Source: an uncultured bacterium (GTDB lineage Bacteria; Abyssobacteria; SURF-5). Taken from it: a stretch of 10,047 nucleotides of DNA. Positions 1 through 8,330 of the stretch are shown here, piece after piece; the first letter of the stretch is position 1, and each line of letters starts with the position of its first letter. Made by a program: the position numbers and the translations under genes. The stretch is from NCBI GenBank assembly GCA_964510165.1, contig CAZEBC010000149.1:1-10047 (forward strand), given 5' to 3'. Under the pieces are notes generated by a model that made no database searches, had not been told where the DNA came from, and was given only the letters and a program-made list of their open reading frames with translations.

Positions 1-1155
1 TTTGTCGCCGCGCTGTGCGTGACATTGTCGCCGCAGCATACCTTCAGATGTCTCCGCTGGCTCCAGTCGGACATCAAGGATTACGAGAAATTCCCTGCGC
101 GCGAGATCGCCAACCAGCCGCCCGTGTTCCATTTTCAGAAGAACCCCCAGGAATCCTTGCCGTCGGCGCTGAGCGGCATCGGGTATACGCACAAGGGCCA
201 AGAAAAGAAGATAGATGATCTCGACGAATTTCTCAGGTCGAACCAATCAACTGCCTTCATCGTGATCAAGGACGACCAGATACTCTATGAGAATTATTTC
301 AACGGATATACCCGCGATTCGATCAACACCTCGTTCTCCATGGCGAAGTCATTCGACTCGGCGCTGGTCGGCATCGCAATTGACGAAGGCTACATAAGGA
401 GCGTGGACGATCCCGTCATCGAGTACATACCAGAACTGAAGGGGCGGAGTCTGGACACAGTCACCGTCCGCCATTTGCTGATGATGGCCTCCGGAATCAA
501 CTATTACGAAAATGGTCTGCCCTGGGGGCATGACGCGCTCACCTACTATTATCCTGACCTCCGAAAGATCGCGCTTACCGTGAGACCGGTGGAAGAGCCT
601 GGCAGGCATTTCCTCTATGATAATTATCATCCCCTGCTCATCGGGATGATCCTCGAACGCGCGACAGGACGTTCCGTCTCCGAGTATCTGGCCGAAAAAA
701 TCTGGAAACCGCTCGGGATGGAATATCCGGCAAGCTGGAGCCTCGACAGCGAGCGGACCGGCTTCGAGAAGATGGAGAGCGGCATCAACGCGCGCTCGAT
801 TGATTTCGCGAAATTCGGCAGGCTTTTCCTCAACAAGGGCGAGTGGAACGGCAGGCGGATCATCTCGGAGGAATGGGTGCTTGAATCAACGAGTCCGCCG
901 AGCGTTGCCGATTACGGCGAATATTACAAGTCGCAGATAAAAGGGTTCTTCCATTCCGGCAAGGGGTACTATAAATATTTCTGGTGGGGTTACCAGAAGG
1001 AAGACGGCGCGTATGATTTCATTGCGGCGGGTCACCTCGGCCAATATGTTTACGTCTGCCCGGCGAAAAAGTTGATCCTTGTTCGGAACGGAAAAAAGCT
1101 CGGCAAAGTCGACGACTGGAGAGAAGTGTTGCGCACCATGACTGAAAAGCTGTGA
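1..1155 (+). CDS. Serine hydrolase, beta-lactamase/class C fold (NylB/AmpC-like), probably 5'-partial
   Basis: SxxK motif S-M-A-K (337-348), YxN motif Y-D-N (616-624), 'HLLMMASG', 'ARSIDFAKFGRLFLNKGEWNGRRII' and C-terminal 'AAGHLGQY'. The frame is open from base 1 (FVAALCV..., hydrophobic), so the true start is probably upstream of the window rather than GTG 19. Confidence 0.9.
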   Translation, partial: FVAALCVTLSPQHTFRCLRWLQSDIKDYEKFPAREIANQPPVFHFQKNPQESLPSALSGIGYTHKGQEKKIDDLDEFLRSNQSTAFIVIKDDQILYENYFNGYTRDSINTSFSMAKSFDSALVGIAIDEGYIRSVDDPVIEYIPELKGRSLDTVTVRHLLMMASGINYYENGLPWGHDALTYYYPDLRKIALTVRPVEEPGRHFLYDNYHPLLIGMILERATGRSVSEYLAEKIWKPLGMEYPASWSLDSERTGFEKMESGINARSIDFAKFGRLFLNKGEWNGRRIISEEWVLESTSPPSVADYGEYYKSQIKGFFHSGKGYYKYFWWGYQKEDGAYDFIAAGHLGQYVYVCPAKKLILVRNGKKLGKVDDWREVLRTMTEKL

Positions 1156-1172
1156 AATTGATCACCATATTG

Positions 1173-1178
1173 AAAGGA
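1173..1178 (+). promoter_or_regulatory. Shine-Dalgarno site for the dehydratase gene
   Basis: AAAGGA 7 nt upstream of ATG 1186. Confidence 0.75.
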
Positions 1179-1185
1179 AACAACC

Positions 1186-2862
1186 ATGAGCGAAACAAAG
1201 GAACGAAGCCAGATTTACACCGGCGGCGATCCGACCGCGCGCGGCCACAGGGCGTTGCTGTATGCGCTGGGAATGACGCGCGAGCAGATCGAGCGCCCGC
1301 TCGTCGCGGTCGTCAACACATGGAATGAAATTCATCCCGGCCATGTTCATCTGAACCGGCTCGCGGCGAAGGTGAAGCAGGGAGTGCTGATGGCTGGCGG
1401 CATGCCCGCCGAGTTCAACACGATAAGCCTGTGCGACGGCCTGTCGGTCGGCCAAATGACCATGCGTTACGTGCTTCCGAGCCGCGAGATCATCGCCGAC
1501 TCCGTCGAGCTCGCGGTTGAGGGGCACGCCTTCGACGCGATGGTGCTCATTGGTTCCTGCGACAAAATCATCCCTGGCCTGCTCATGGCGGCGGCGCGGG
1601 TTGACATCCCGGCAGTTGTTGTGGCGGGCGGGCCGATGTTCGCGGGCTACCTGCCGAAGCTGAAGTTGCGCTGGGGCGAGCATGCGATGGACGTCGTGGG
1701 CGGCCTGCTCAACCAGGGAGAGTTGTCGGACGAAGACCTGGAGGAGATCACGCGCTGCATCTATCCGTGTGCGGGCGCATGCTACGGCATGGGCACCGCC
1801 AACACAATGGCGTGCCTGACCGAGGCGGTCGGTATGTCGCTGCCCGGCGACGGCACCGCGCATGCGACCACCGCCAAGAAAGAGCGCCTGGCCGTCGAAG
1901 CGGGAGTCGCGGTCATGAATCTGTTGAAGAACGGCATCACGCCGTCGCGCATCATGAGCGAGGCCGCGCTCGAGAACATGCTCAAGGTGGATATGGCCAT
2001 CGGCGGCTCCCTCAACACGGTTCTGCACATTCCGGCCATCGCTCACGAACTGGGCATCGCTATCCGGATGGACAAGTTCGACGAAATATCGCGCAAGACG
2101 CCGCACCTGTGCAATATCGAGCCTGCGGGCCATCACAATCTCACCGACCTTGATATTGCCGGTGGTATCCAGGCGGTCATGAAGAACCTTGGAGACCATC
2201 TGGACCTGGACGTCATCACCGCTACCGGCGCCACCCTCCGTGAGAACCTGCTGCGAGCCGAAGTGTTCGATGAAGATGTGATCCATCCTCTTTCTGCTCC
2301 CGTCCACAAATACGGCGGCATCGCCGTCCTTAAGGGCAGCCTCGCGCCCAAGGGCGCGGTCATCAAGCAGGTGGCCGTTGACCCAACGCTCTGGAAGTTC
2401 GAGGGACCGGCCCGCGTGTTCGACTGCGAGGAAGACGCCAACCAGGCTCTCATGTCACAGCAGATTCAGCCGGGCGACGTCATCGTCATCCGTTACGAAG
2501 GCCCGAAGGGCGGTCCCGGCATGCGCGAGATGCAGATGTTTCGCGCGCTGCTGAAGTTTGTGGGACTGCTCGACAAGGTGTATCTGATCACCGACGGCAG
2601 ATATTCCGGCTACACGGGAGGCCCCTGCATCGGCTATCTCTCGCCCGAGGCCGCCGACGGCGGCCCAATCGCGGTCGTGCAAAACGGCGACACAATCTCG
2701 ATCGATATCGAGGCGCGAAGGCTCGATGTAAAGGTGTCAGACCGCGAGATGAAGAAGCGACAAAGCGAGTGGAAACGCCCGTCCGCGCGAATCACTAAGG
2801 GGTACCTCGCGCGATATGCCAATAGCGCCTCGTCCGCCGCCGAGGGCGCGATTATCCGCTGA
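1186..2862 (+). CDS. ilvD: Dihydroxy-acid dehydratase (IlvD/Edd family), divergent paralogue
   Basis: 558 aa with family motifs NEIHPGHVHL, CDG, SREIIADS, CDKIIPG, GGPM, CxGMGTANTM, RYEGPKGGPGMREM, TDGRYSG and SPEAADGG. Good RBS. Family is secure; substrate is not. Confidence 0.9.
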   Translation: MSETKERSQIYTGGDPTARGHRALLYALGMTREQIERPLVAVVNTWNEIHPGHVHLNRLAAKVKQGVLMAGGMPAEFNTISLCDGLSVGQMTMRYVLPSREIIADSVELAVEGHAFDAMVLIGSCDKIIPGLLMAAARVDIPAVVVAGGPMFAGYLPKLKLRWGEHAMDVVGGLLNQGELSDEDLEEITRCIYPCAGACYGMGTANTMACLTEAVGMSLPGDGTAHATTAKKERLAVEAGVAVMNLLKNGITPSRIMSEAALENMLKVDMAIGGSLNTVLHIPAIAHELGIAIRMDKFDEISRKTPHLCNIEPAGHHNLTDLDIAGGIQAVMKNLGDHLDLDVITATGATLRENLLRAEVFDEDVIHPLSAPVHKYGGIAVLKGSLAPKGAVIKQVAVDPTLWKFEGPARVFDCEEDANQALMSQQIQPGDVIVIRYEGPKGGPGMREMQMFRALLKFVGLLDKVYLITDGRYSGYTGGPCIGYLSPEAADGGPIAVVQNGDTISIDIEARRLDVKVSDREMKKRQSEWKRPSARITKGYLARYANSASSAAEGAIIR

Positions 2863-2871
2863 CGCCGGCGG

Positions 2872-2901
2872 TTGACGGTCGCGCAGAGCGGCGAATATAA
2901 T
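2872..2901 (+). promoter_or_regulatory. Sigma70-type promoter for acylase-MFS-MFS
   Basis: TTGACG (2872-2877), 18-nt spacer, TATAAT (2896-2901) in the intergenic region, oriented toward the acylase. Confidence 0.75.
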
Positions 2902-2961
2902 GATTCATGTCCAGGATGAGAGAAAGGTTTGCGAACCTCAGCAACAGTCCCAGCTTATCGA

Positions 2962-2984
2962 GGACACCATGAACCGTGGTGTCC
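2962..2984. repeat. Short inverted repeat/hairpin in the acylase 5' leader (possibly REP-like)
   Basis: GGACACCATG-aac-CGTGGTGTCC: 10-bp stem with one G-U pair. Confidence 0.55.
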
Positions 2985-3017
2985 CCGAATAACCAGTGGG
3001 TCACGAAGGGAGAAATC

Positions 3018-5162
3018 ATGCGCAAGACACTGATCGCGCTTGTGGCGCTGTTCCTCGCATTCAGTTGCTCCCATCCATTTGACAGGGCTGACATCATAGC
3101 CCAGGCAGGCAGAGACACGCGCGTCTTCGACGGCAGGCAGTACGACGTCCGAATCCTGCGCGATAGCTGGGGCGTGCCGCATATTTTCGGGAAGACAGAC
3201 GCGGACGTGGCGTTCGGGCTTGCGTATGCCCACTGTGAGGACGATTTCGAGACGATACAGGATGCGGTGCTGGCGTCCAGAGGCAGGCTGGCTTCGGTAC
3301 ACGGGAAAGAGGCGGCCCCCAACGACTATATGGTGCATCTGATGCGGGTATGGGATGTCGTCAATGCGAAATACGAAACCGACCTCAGCCCCGATACGCG
3401 CGCCATCTGCGAGGCCGCCGCCGTCGGCGTCAATCACTATGCGCTGGCGCATCCGCGGGAAGTCAGGCCGGGCGTTTTTCCCGTCACCGGAAAGGACGTG
3501 GTGGCCGGCTTTGTCCATCGGGGGCCTTTCTTTTTCGGGCTTCATCACACGCTGGAGGAACTGTTCGCCAAAGAAAGAAAGCGGCAGGTGTCTGAGAAAG
3601 CCGCGCGCGGCGTTTCAGCCCTGGAGCTGGCATCCATTGGGTCCAACACGTTCGCAGTTGCACCCAGTCGCGCAGCGAACGGCGAGACATTCCTTGCCAT
3701 CAATTCACATCAACCGTGGACGGGGCCGGTGGCGTGGTACGAGGCCCACCTGCACAGCGAAGAGGGCTGGGACATGGTAGGCGGCGTGTTCCCGGGTTCG
3801 CCGGTCGTCTTGCATGGGCACAACCGCCATCTGGGCTGGGCGCATACGGTGAACTTTCCCGACCTTGCCGATGTGTATGTGTTGGACATAAATCCGGACA
3901 ATCGGAATCAGTACCGGTTTGATGGCGAATGGCGAACCCTTGAAGCGCGCACCGCTCCGATAAGGGTGAAGCTGTTCGGGCCGATTTCGTGGACGTTCAG
4001 GAAAGAGGTTTTGTGGTCGGTCTATGGCCCCACTGTCCGCACGCCGCATGGCACATACGCCCTTCGATATGCCGGCATGGGTGAAGTGCGGCAGATAGAG
4101 CAGTGGTATCGGATGAACAAGGCCCGCAATTTCGACGAGTGGATCGAGGCCGTCAAGATCAGGGGTGTTCCTTCTCTCAACATCGGGTACGCCGACGAGG
4201 ACGGGAATATCTTCTATCTTTACAACGCGCTGCTTCCCGTGAGGGCCGAGGGTTATAACTGGCGCGAATATCTTCCGGGCGACACCTCGGAAACGCTTTG
4301 GACCGAATATGTGCCATTCGAGAAATTGCCGCACGTCAGGAATCCCGCCTCGGGCTTCATCCAGAACTGTAATAGCTCGCCCTACCAGACCACCATCGGA
4401 AATGAGAATCCGAAGCCCGAGGAGTTCTCGGCGACATGTGGAATCGAGACATTCATGACGAATCGGGCGCTTCGGGCGCTGGAGTTGTTCGGGTCGGACG
4501 AGTCCATCACCGAAGACGAGTTCTTCACGTACAAATACGATATGACATATTCGAAGGACTCGTTGATCGCGAGATGCGTCGAACAGGTCTTGAGCGCGCC
4601 TCCTCCGGACGATCCGGTCGCTCAGGAAGCCTTGGGCGTGTTGCGAGCGTGGGACCTGCGCACCAACCCCGAGAACACGAGCGCGGCCATCGGCGTGCTC
4701 ACCGCGAGGCCCGTCGTCGAGGCTCTGTATCGCCACAGGGAGCCGCCGGACCCGATGAAGACGTTCGCCGACGCCGCGCACAAGCTCAAGAAAGCGTATG
4801 GCCGCGTTGACGTGCCCTGGAGCGAGGTGAACCGGCTGCGACGCGGCACGCTGGACTTGGGCGTTGGCGGCGGGCCGGACATACTGCATGCGGTCTCGGG
4901 CGAGTTCGACGGCGCGCACATCACGGGCGACTCGGGCGATTGCTACGTGCTTCTTGTCAAGTGGGACCACAACGGGGTTTCGTCGCGGAGCATCCATCAG
5001 TTTGGGAGCGCGACGCTGGACGAGACCTCGCCTCATTACGCCGATCAGTCTCCGCTGTTCGTGAAGCGCCAGACCAAGCCGGTCTGGCTCGATGAGGCCG
5101 ACATCCGCGCCCACCTCGAGCGGGAATACCATCCGGGCGAAGAACTGCAAACAAACAAGTAG
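3018..5162 (+). CDS. Penicillin acylase family Ntn-hydrolase (cephalosporin/AHL-acylase-like), probably exported or lipoprotein
   Basis: Alpha-chain motif 'ILRDSWGVPHIFG...AFGLAYAHCED'; beta-chain start G|SNTFAV with nucleophile Ser codon at 3642-3644; 'NSHQPW', 'WAHTVN', 'QNCN'. Start at ATG 3018 (AAGGGAG RBS) is preferred over 2976 and gives the signal peptide MRKTLIALVALFLAFSC. Confidence 0.92.
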   Translation: MRKTLIALVALFLAFSCSHPFDRADIIAQAGRDTRVFDGRQYDVRILRDSWGVPHIFGKTDADVAFGLAYAHCEDDFETIQDAVLASRGRLASVHGKEAAPNDYMVHLMRVWDVVNAKYETDLSPDTRAICEAAAVGVNHYALAHPREVRPGVFPVTGKDVVAGFVHRGPFFFGLHHTLEELFAKERKRQVSEKAARGVSALELASIGSNTFAVAPSRAANGETFLAINSHQPWTGPVAWYEAHLHSEEGWDMVGGVFPGSPVVLHGHNRHLGWAHTVNFPDLADVYVLDINPDNRNQYRFDGEWRTLEARTAPIRVKLFGPISWTFRKEVLWSVYGPTVRTPHGTYALRYAGMGEVRQIEQWYRMNKARNFDEWIEAVKIRGVPSLNIGYADEDGNIFYLYNALLPVRAEGYNWREYLPGDTSETLWTEYVPFEKLPHVRNPASGFIQNCNSSPYQTTIGNENPKPEEFSATCGIETFMTNRALRALELFGSDESITEDEFFTYKYDMTYSKDSLIARCVEQVLSAPPPDDPVAQEALGVLRAWDLRTNPENTSAAIGVLTARPVVEALYRHREPPDPMKTFADAAHKLKKAYGRVDVPWSEVNRLRRGTLDLGVGGGPDILHAVSGEFDGAHITGDSGDCYVLLVKWDHNGVSSRSIHQFGSATLDETSPHYADQSPLFVKRQTKPVWLDEADIRAHLEREYHPGEELQTNK

Positions 5163-5212
5163 GTAGGGGGCGATTCATCGCGCCTGCGCGGGCGCAATAG
5201 ATTGCGATCCAC
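5163..5212. repeat. Degenerate inverted pair of GTAG/GTGG-family REP elements (REPIN-like)
   Basis: GTAGGGGGCGATTCATCGCGCC (5163-5184) faces GTGGATCGCAATCTATTGCGCCC on the minus strand (5212-5190). Each has a GTRG tetranucleotide followed by an imperfect palindrome (GCGAT-tc-ATCGC; CGCAAT-ct-ATTGCG). The pair starts immediately after the acylase stop codon. Confidence 0.7.
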
Positions 5213-5233
5213 CAAATGGGGGGATTAGCGTTC

Positions 5234-6505
5234 ATGAAAACCACGGAAGCAAAGCTGTTCTATGGCTACTATATTGTGGGCGCCTGTTTCCTGATCCTGT
5301 ACATGCTCTGGGGTATGGTGCTGAATACCTTCCCCATCTTCTTCAGACCCATCTCCGAAAACATGGGTTGGAGCAGGGAGGGACTGTCCTATGCGCTGCT
5401 GTCGGGTGCAGTAGGCATCATCATCGCCGCCCCTATCGCTGGAAAGCTGATCGACCGCATCGGCGCGAAGCCGGTGATGATTGCAGGCACGTTAATCATC
5501 GGGGTCGGCCTTCTATTGGGCAGTCAGGTGAAGGAGCTTTGGCATATATGCGCGATTTTCGGATTTATTGGGGCCGGACTCATGTGCGCCTCGATCATTC
5601 CATGCTCGTTTATCATCTCGAACTGGTTTGTCTCACGCAGGGGAACCGCGATGGGCATCGCCTTCGTGGGAACAAGCGTGGGCGGCGCCATCATGAGCCT
5701 TGTCGCCAACGAGATCATTCTCAAATGGGGGTGGCGAACGGCGTTTACATTCAGTGGAATCCTGATCCTGCTCACGGTCATCCCTGCGATACAGTTTGTT
5801 ATTCGCACGCATCCCTCGGAGATGGGGCTCAAGCCGTATCGCACATCGGAGCCGGAGGAAGGCGTCGACGATAACTGGGGCCTGAGCGTGAAGGAAGCGT
5901 TCTCGCAGATTTCGTTTTGGCAGATTGCGGCGATCATGCTCATCGTCGGACTCGTGAGCGGGGGCATGGGCAATCACATGCCAAGCTTCCTTCAGGATCA
6001 GGGGCATTCGGAACGGGCCTCTTCGTTCGCGTGGAGTTTTATTATGGGAGTTATGATCCTTGGAAAGCTGGCGGTCGGTCCAATCTGCGACCGGTGGGGC
6101 GCGAAGAACGCCATGGCCGGCGCCTGCTTGCTATTCGCCGCTTCCATTCCCATACTCTCGCTCGGCAATCCTTATGCGCTTGTGCTTTTTGCGGCGGCAC
6201 TGTACGGGTTTGCGTCAGGGGCTCCGCTCACGGTCAATCCTTTGTTAATAGCCGAAAACCTCGGGACAAAGAACTTCGGCGCGCTGTATGGTGTGCTCAA
6301 TATCCTTGGTACCGTCGGCGGCGCCGTCGGCCCGGTGGTCGCGGGCGCCTCATTCACGAGGCTCGGCAGTTATCTGCCTGTGTTCTACGCGTTCGCCGGC
6401 TTCGGGATTGTGGCCGCTTTATGCGCAATATCGATAAGAGCAAAGGGAGATAAGAGCGGGAAAGAAGGAAAAAAGAAGGTCTTCGACGCTGTGGAAGCGA
6501 GGTAG
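5234..6505 (+). CDS. MFS transporter (OFA/monocarboxylate-type)
   Basis: About 12 hydrophobic segments; motif A 'GKLIDRIGAK' and 'GPICDRWGAK'; N-terminal 'FYGYYIV'; 'WFVSRRGTAMGIA'; 'GWR'. ATG 5234 follows GGGGGA; alternative start 5216. Confidence 0.9.
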   Translation: MKTTEAKLFYGYYIVGACFLILYMLWGMVLNTFPIFFRPISENMGWSREGLSYALLSGAVGIIIAAPIAGKLIDRIGAKPVMIAGTLIIGVGLLLGSQVKELWHICAIFGFIGAGLMCASIIPCSFIISNWFVSRRGTAMGIAFVGTSVGGAIMSLVANEIILKWGWRTAFTFSGILILLTVIPAIQFVIRTHPSEMGLKPYRTSEPEEGVDDNWGLSVKEAFSQISFWQIAAIMLIVGLVSGGMGNHMPSFLQDQGHSERASSFAWSFIMGVMILGKLAVGPICDRWGAKNAMAGACLLFAASIPILSLGNPYALVLFAAALYGFASGAPLTVNPLLIAENLGTKNFGALYGVLNILGTVGGAVGPVVAGASFTRLGSYLPVFYAFAGFGIVAALCAISIRAKGDKSGKEGKKKVFDAVEAR

Positions 6506-6512
6506 TTGATTC

Positions 6513-7787
6513 ATGTCGGATTCAAAGGTGTTTTCGAAGTGGCTGATAGCGGCGACGGGATTTCTCAGTCTGACCGTGGCAGGCGGGATCGGCTGGTTTG
6601 TGTTTCCGGTGTATCTCACTCTGATAGAAAGCGATCTCGGCGCCACGCGGTCGGAGATGGGATTTGCGGTGACGGTGTGGGCGCTGACGGGCGCGGCGTG
6701 CTCGCCTCTGGTGGGCACATGGATTGACAAGTACGGCCCCCGGAGAGTGATGTTGATCGGCACAGTTTGCCAATTCGTAGCCGCCTTCTTTCTGGGACGC
6801 ATCACATCGCTCTGGCACATGTATGCGCTCTTCATTCTGTCCTCGTTCGCGAATGCCTCGAACACCTACATCCCCATCGGGGCTGCAATCTCGCAGAATT
6901 TCCACAAAAATCGCGGGAAGGCGATGGGGCTTGCATTGCTCGGCATGGGCACGGGCGGATTCGCGGCGCCTTATCTGGCCGATGTTTTTCTGCGTCATTA
7001 TGGGTGGAGGACCGGTTACCCGATTTTTTCTCTGTTCCTGCTCGGCCTGCTCGTGCCGATCGCTCTCTGGATACCGGCGAAGAGGCGTGCGACGGTCTCT
7101 GCGGACGTCATGGACGAAATGGAGAATTCCGCCGATGGCAGCGGAATTGGAAATGAAGGGGTCGCGCTGAACAGCTTGAACATAGGGCAGTCGGTCAGGA
7201 CGCGAAGTCTCTGGGCTCTCAGCGCGGGCGATTTCCTCATTGCGGTCGTGTACACCTCGATGCTTGTGCACCTGGTTCCCTTCGCGACCGACAACGGGGT
7301 TTCGCAATCGAATGCCACGTACATCTATATCGCGATGCAGGGTTTCATATTGGTCGGGACCTTCCTGTTCGGGGCGGCGGCGGACAAACTCAAGGTCAGA
7401 ACCATGATGATACTCTGCTATGGCGGAACAGGACTCGCGATGCTCCTGTTGCTCCGCAATCCAACCATAGGCGCGCTCTACACGTTTGCCGTTCTGCTGG
7501 GGCTTCCGGGCGGCGGGCGTAACGCATTGTGGCCGCTGGCCCTCGGTGAGAGCTTTGGCGTGGCGCACCTTGGCTCGATTCTGGGCTGGCTCAACATCCC
7601 GTTCACGCTCGGCAATGCAATTGGTCCCTACCTTGCCGGATACATCTTCGACAGCGCCGATAGCTACCGCCCGTTCTTTCAACTTGGCATCGGCATATCA
7701 CTGCTGGCCGCCTTATTCATATCCGGCATGCGCAACGAGCGGCGTCCCCGAGTGCAAGCGGAGCCTGTCAGGGAGTTGGTGGGTTGA
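6513..7787 (+). CDS. MFS transporter (OFA/monocarboxylate-type), second copy
   Basis: Motif A 'GTWIDKYGPRR' and 'GAAADKLKVR'; 'RGKAMGLA', 'YGWR', 'GPYLAGYIFD'. Starts 7 nt after the preceding stop, with GAGGT upstream. Confidence 0.9.
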   Translation: MSDSKVFSKWLIAATGFLSLTVAGGIGWFVFPVYLTLIESDLGATRSEMGFAVTVWALTGAACSPLVGTWIDKYGPRRVMLIGTVCQFVAAFFLGRITSLWHMYALFILSSFANASNTYIPIGAAISQNFHKNRGKAMGLALLGMGTGGFAAPYLADVFLRHYGWRTGYPIFSLFLLGLLVPIALWIPAKRRATVSADVMDEMENSADGSGIGNEGVALNSLNIGQSVRTRSLWALSAGDFLIAVVYTSMLVHLVPFATDNGVSQSNATYIYIAMQGFILVGTFLFGAAADKLKVRTMMILCYGGTGLAMLLLLRNPTIGALYTFAVLLGLPGGGRNALWPLALGESFGVAHLGSILGWLNIPFTLGNAIGPYLAGYIFDSADSYRPFFQLGIGISLLAALFISGMRNERRPRVQAEPVRELVG

Positions 7788-7829
7788 TGCCCGATCCGGG
7801 CGCCATAGCGCCATAGCCGCAGCCGAGGG

Positions 7830-8330
7830 TTATTCTATCAAAACGATTTCGGCGCGGGGCCGTTTGCCGGGCTCAAGCGTGAGGATGGCGACGGAGGCGG
7901 GCAGATCGAACATCGGCCGGCTTGCCGAGCCGGGATTGACGGTGAGCATTCCGTTAACGTGCTTGACTTCCGCGCGGTGGGTGTGCCCCCAGACGAACAC
8001 ATCGGGCCGCTTGGGGCCGCAGCGAGCCTTGAATTCGCTGGGGCTTCGGAGCAGCATGCCGCCGTTGTGAGTCATGAAAATGTCGGCGCCCGCCAGTTGA
8101 ACTCTCTGGTCAACCGGATAGCGTTCGGTGACGGGGGGCGTGTCCATGTTGCCGCTGACGGCGACGATGGGCGCGATGGCGCTCAACTGGATTATGACGT
8201 CCGCCGAGCCGATGTCGCCCGCGTGGAGGATTCGCTCGACATGCTTGAACACGTCGAACACCTTCGGGTTCAGGTAATCGTGAGTATCTGATATTACACC
8301 GACCTGCATCTGCATTCGGCGCCTGGTCAC
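7830..8330 (-). CDS. Metallophosphoesterase, YfcE/MJ0936/Vps29 family
   Basis: Motifs SDTH, HAGD, GNMD, GHTH and NPGS in ~160 aa. GTG 8330 overlaps the glyQS stop (GTGA); alternative ATG starts at 8315 and 8309. Confidence 0.92.
   Translation of the reverse strand: MTRRRMQMQVGVISDTHDYLNPKVFDVFKHVERILHAGDIGSADVIIQLSAIAPIVAVSGNMDTPPVTERYPVDQRVQLAGADIFMTHNGGMLLRSPSEFKARCGPKRPDVFVWGHTHRAEVKHVNGMLTVNPGSASRPMFDLPASVAILTLEPGKRPRAEIVLIE

Noticed and set aside
1-1155. Bona fide beta-lactamase resistance gene
   Set aside because: Lacks the KTG triad (has AAG); the motifs fit the broad esterase/amidase branch.
1162-2307. 381-aa antisense ORF
   Set aside because: Lies opposite the well-supported dehydratase; a typical shadow ORF of GC-biased codon usage with no independent motifs.
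3705-5150. 481-aa antisense ORF
   Set aside because: Shadow of the acylase; Arg/Val-rich with no recognisable motifs.
6522-7682. 386-aa antisense ORF
   Set aside because: Shadow of the second MFS gene.
7800-7817. GCGCCATA x2 tandem repeat between the convergent genes
   Set aside because: Only two 8-bp copies, probably a slippage duplication; not a CRISPR repeat and not a terminator hairpin.
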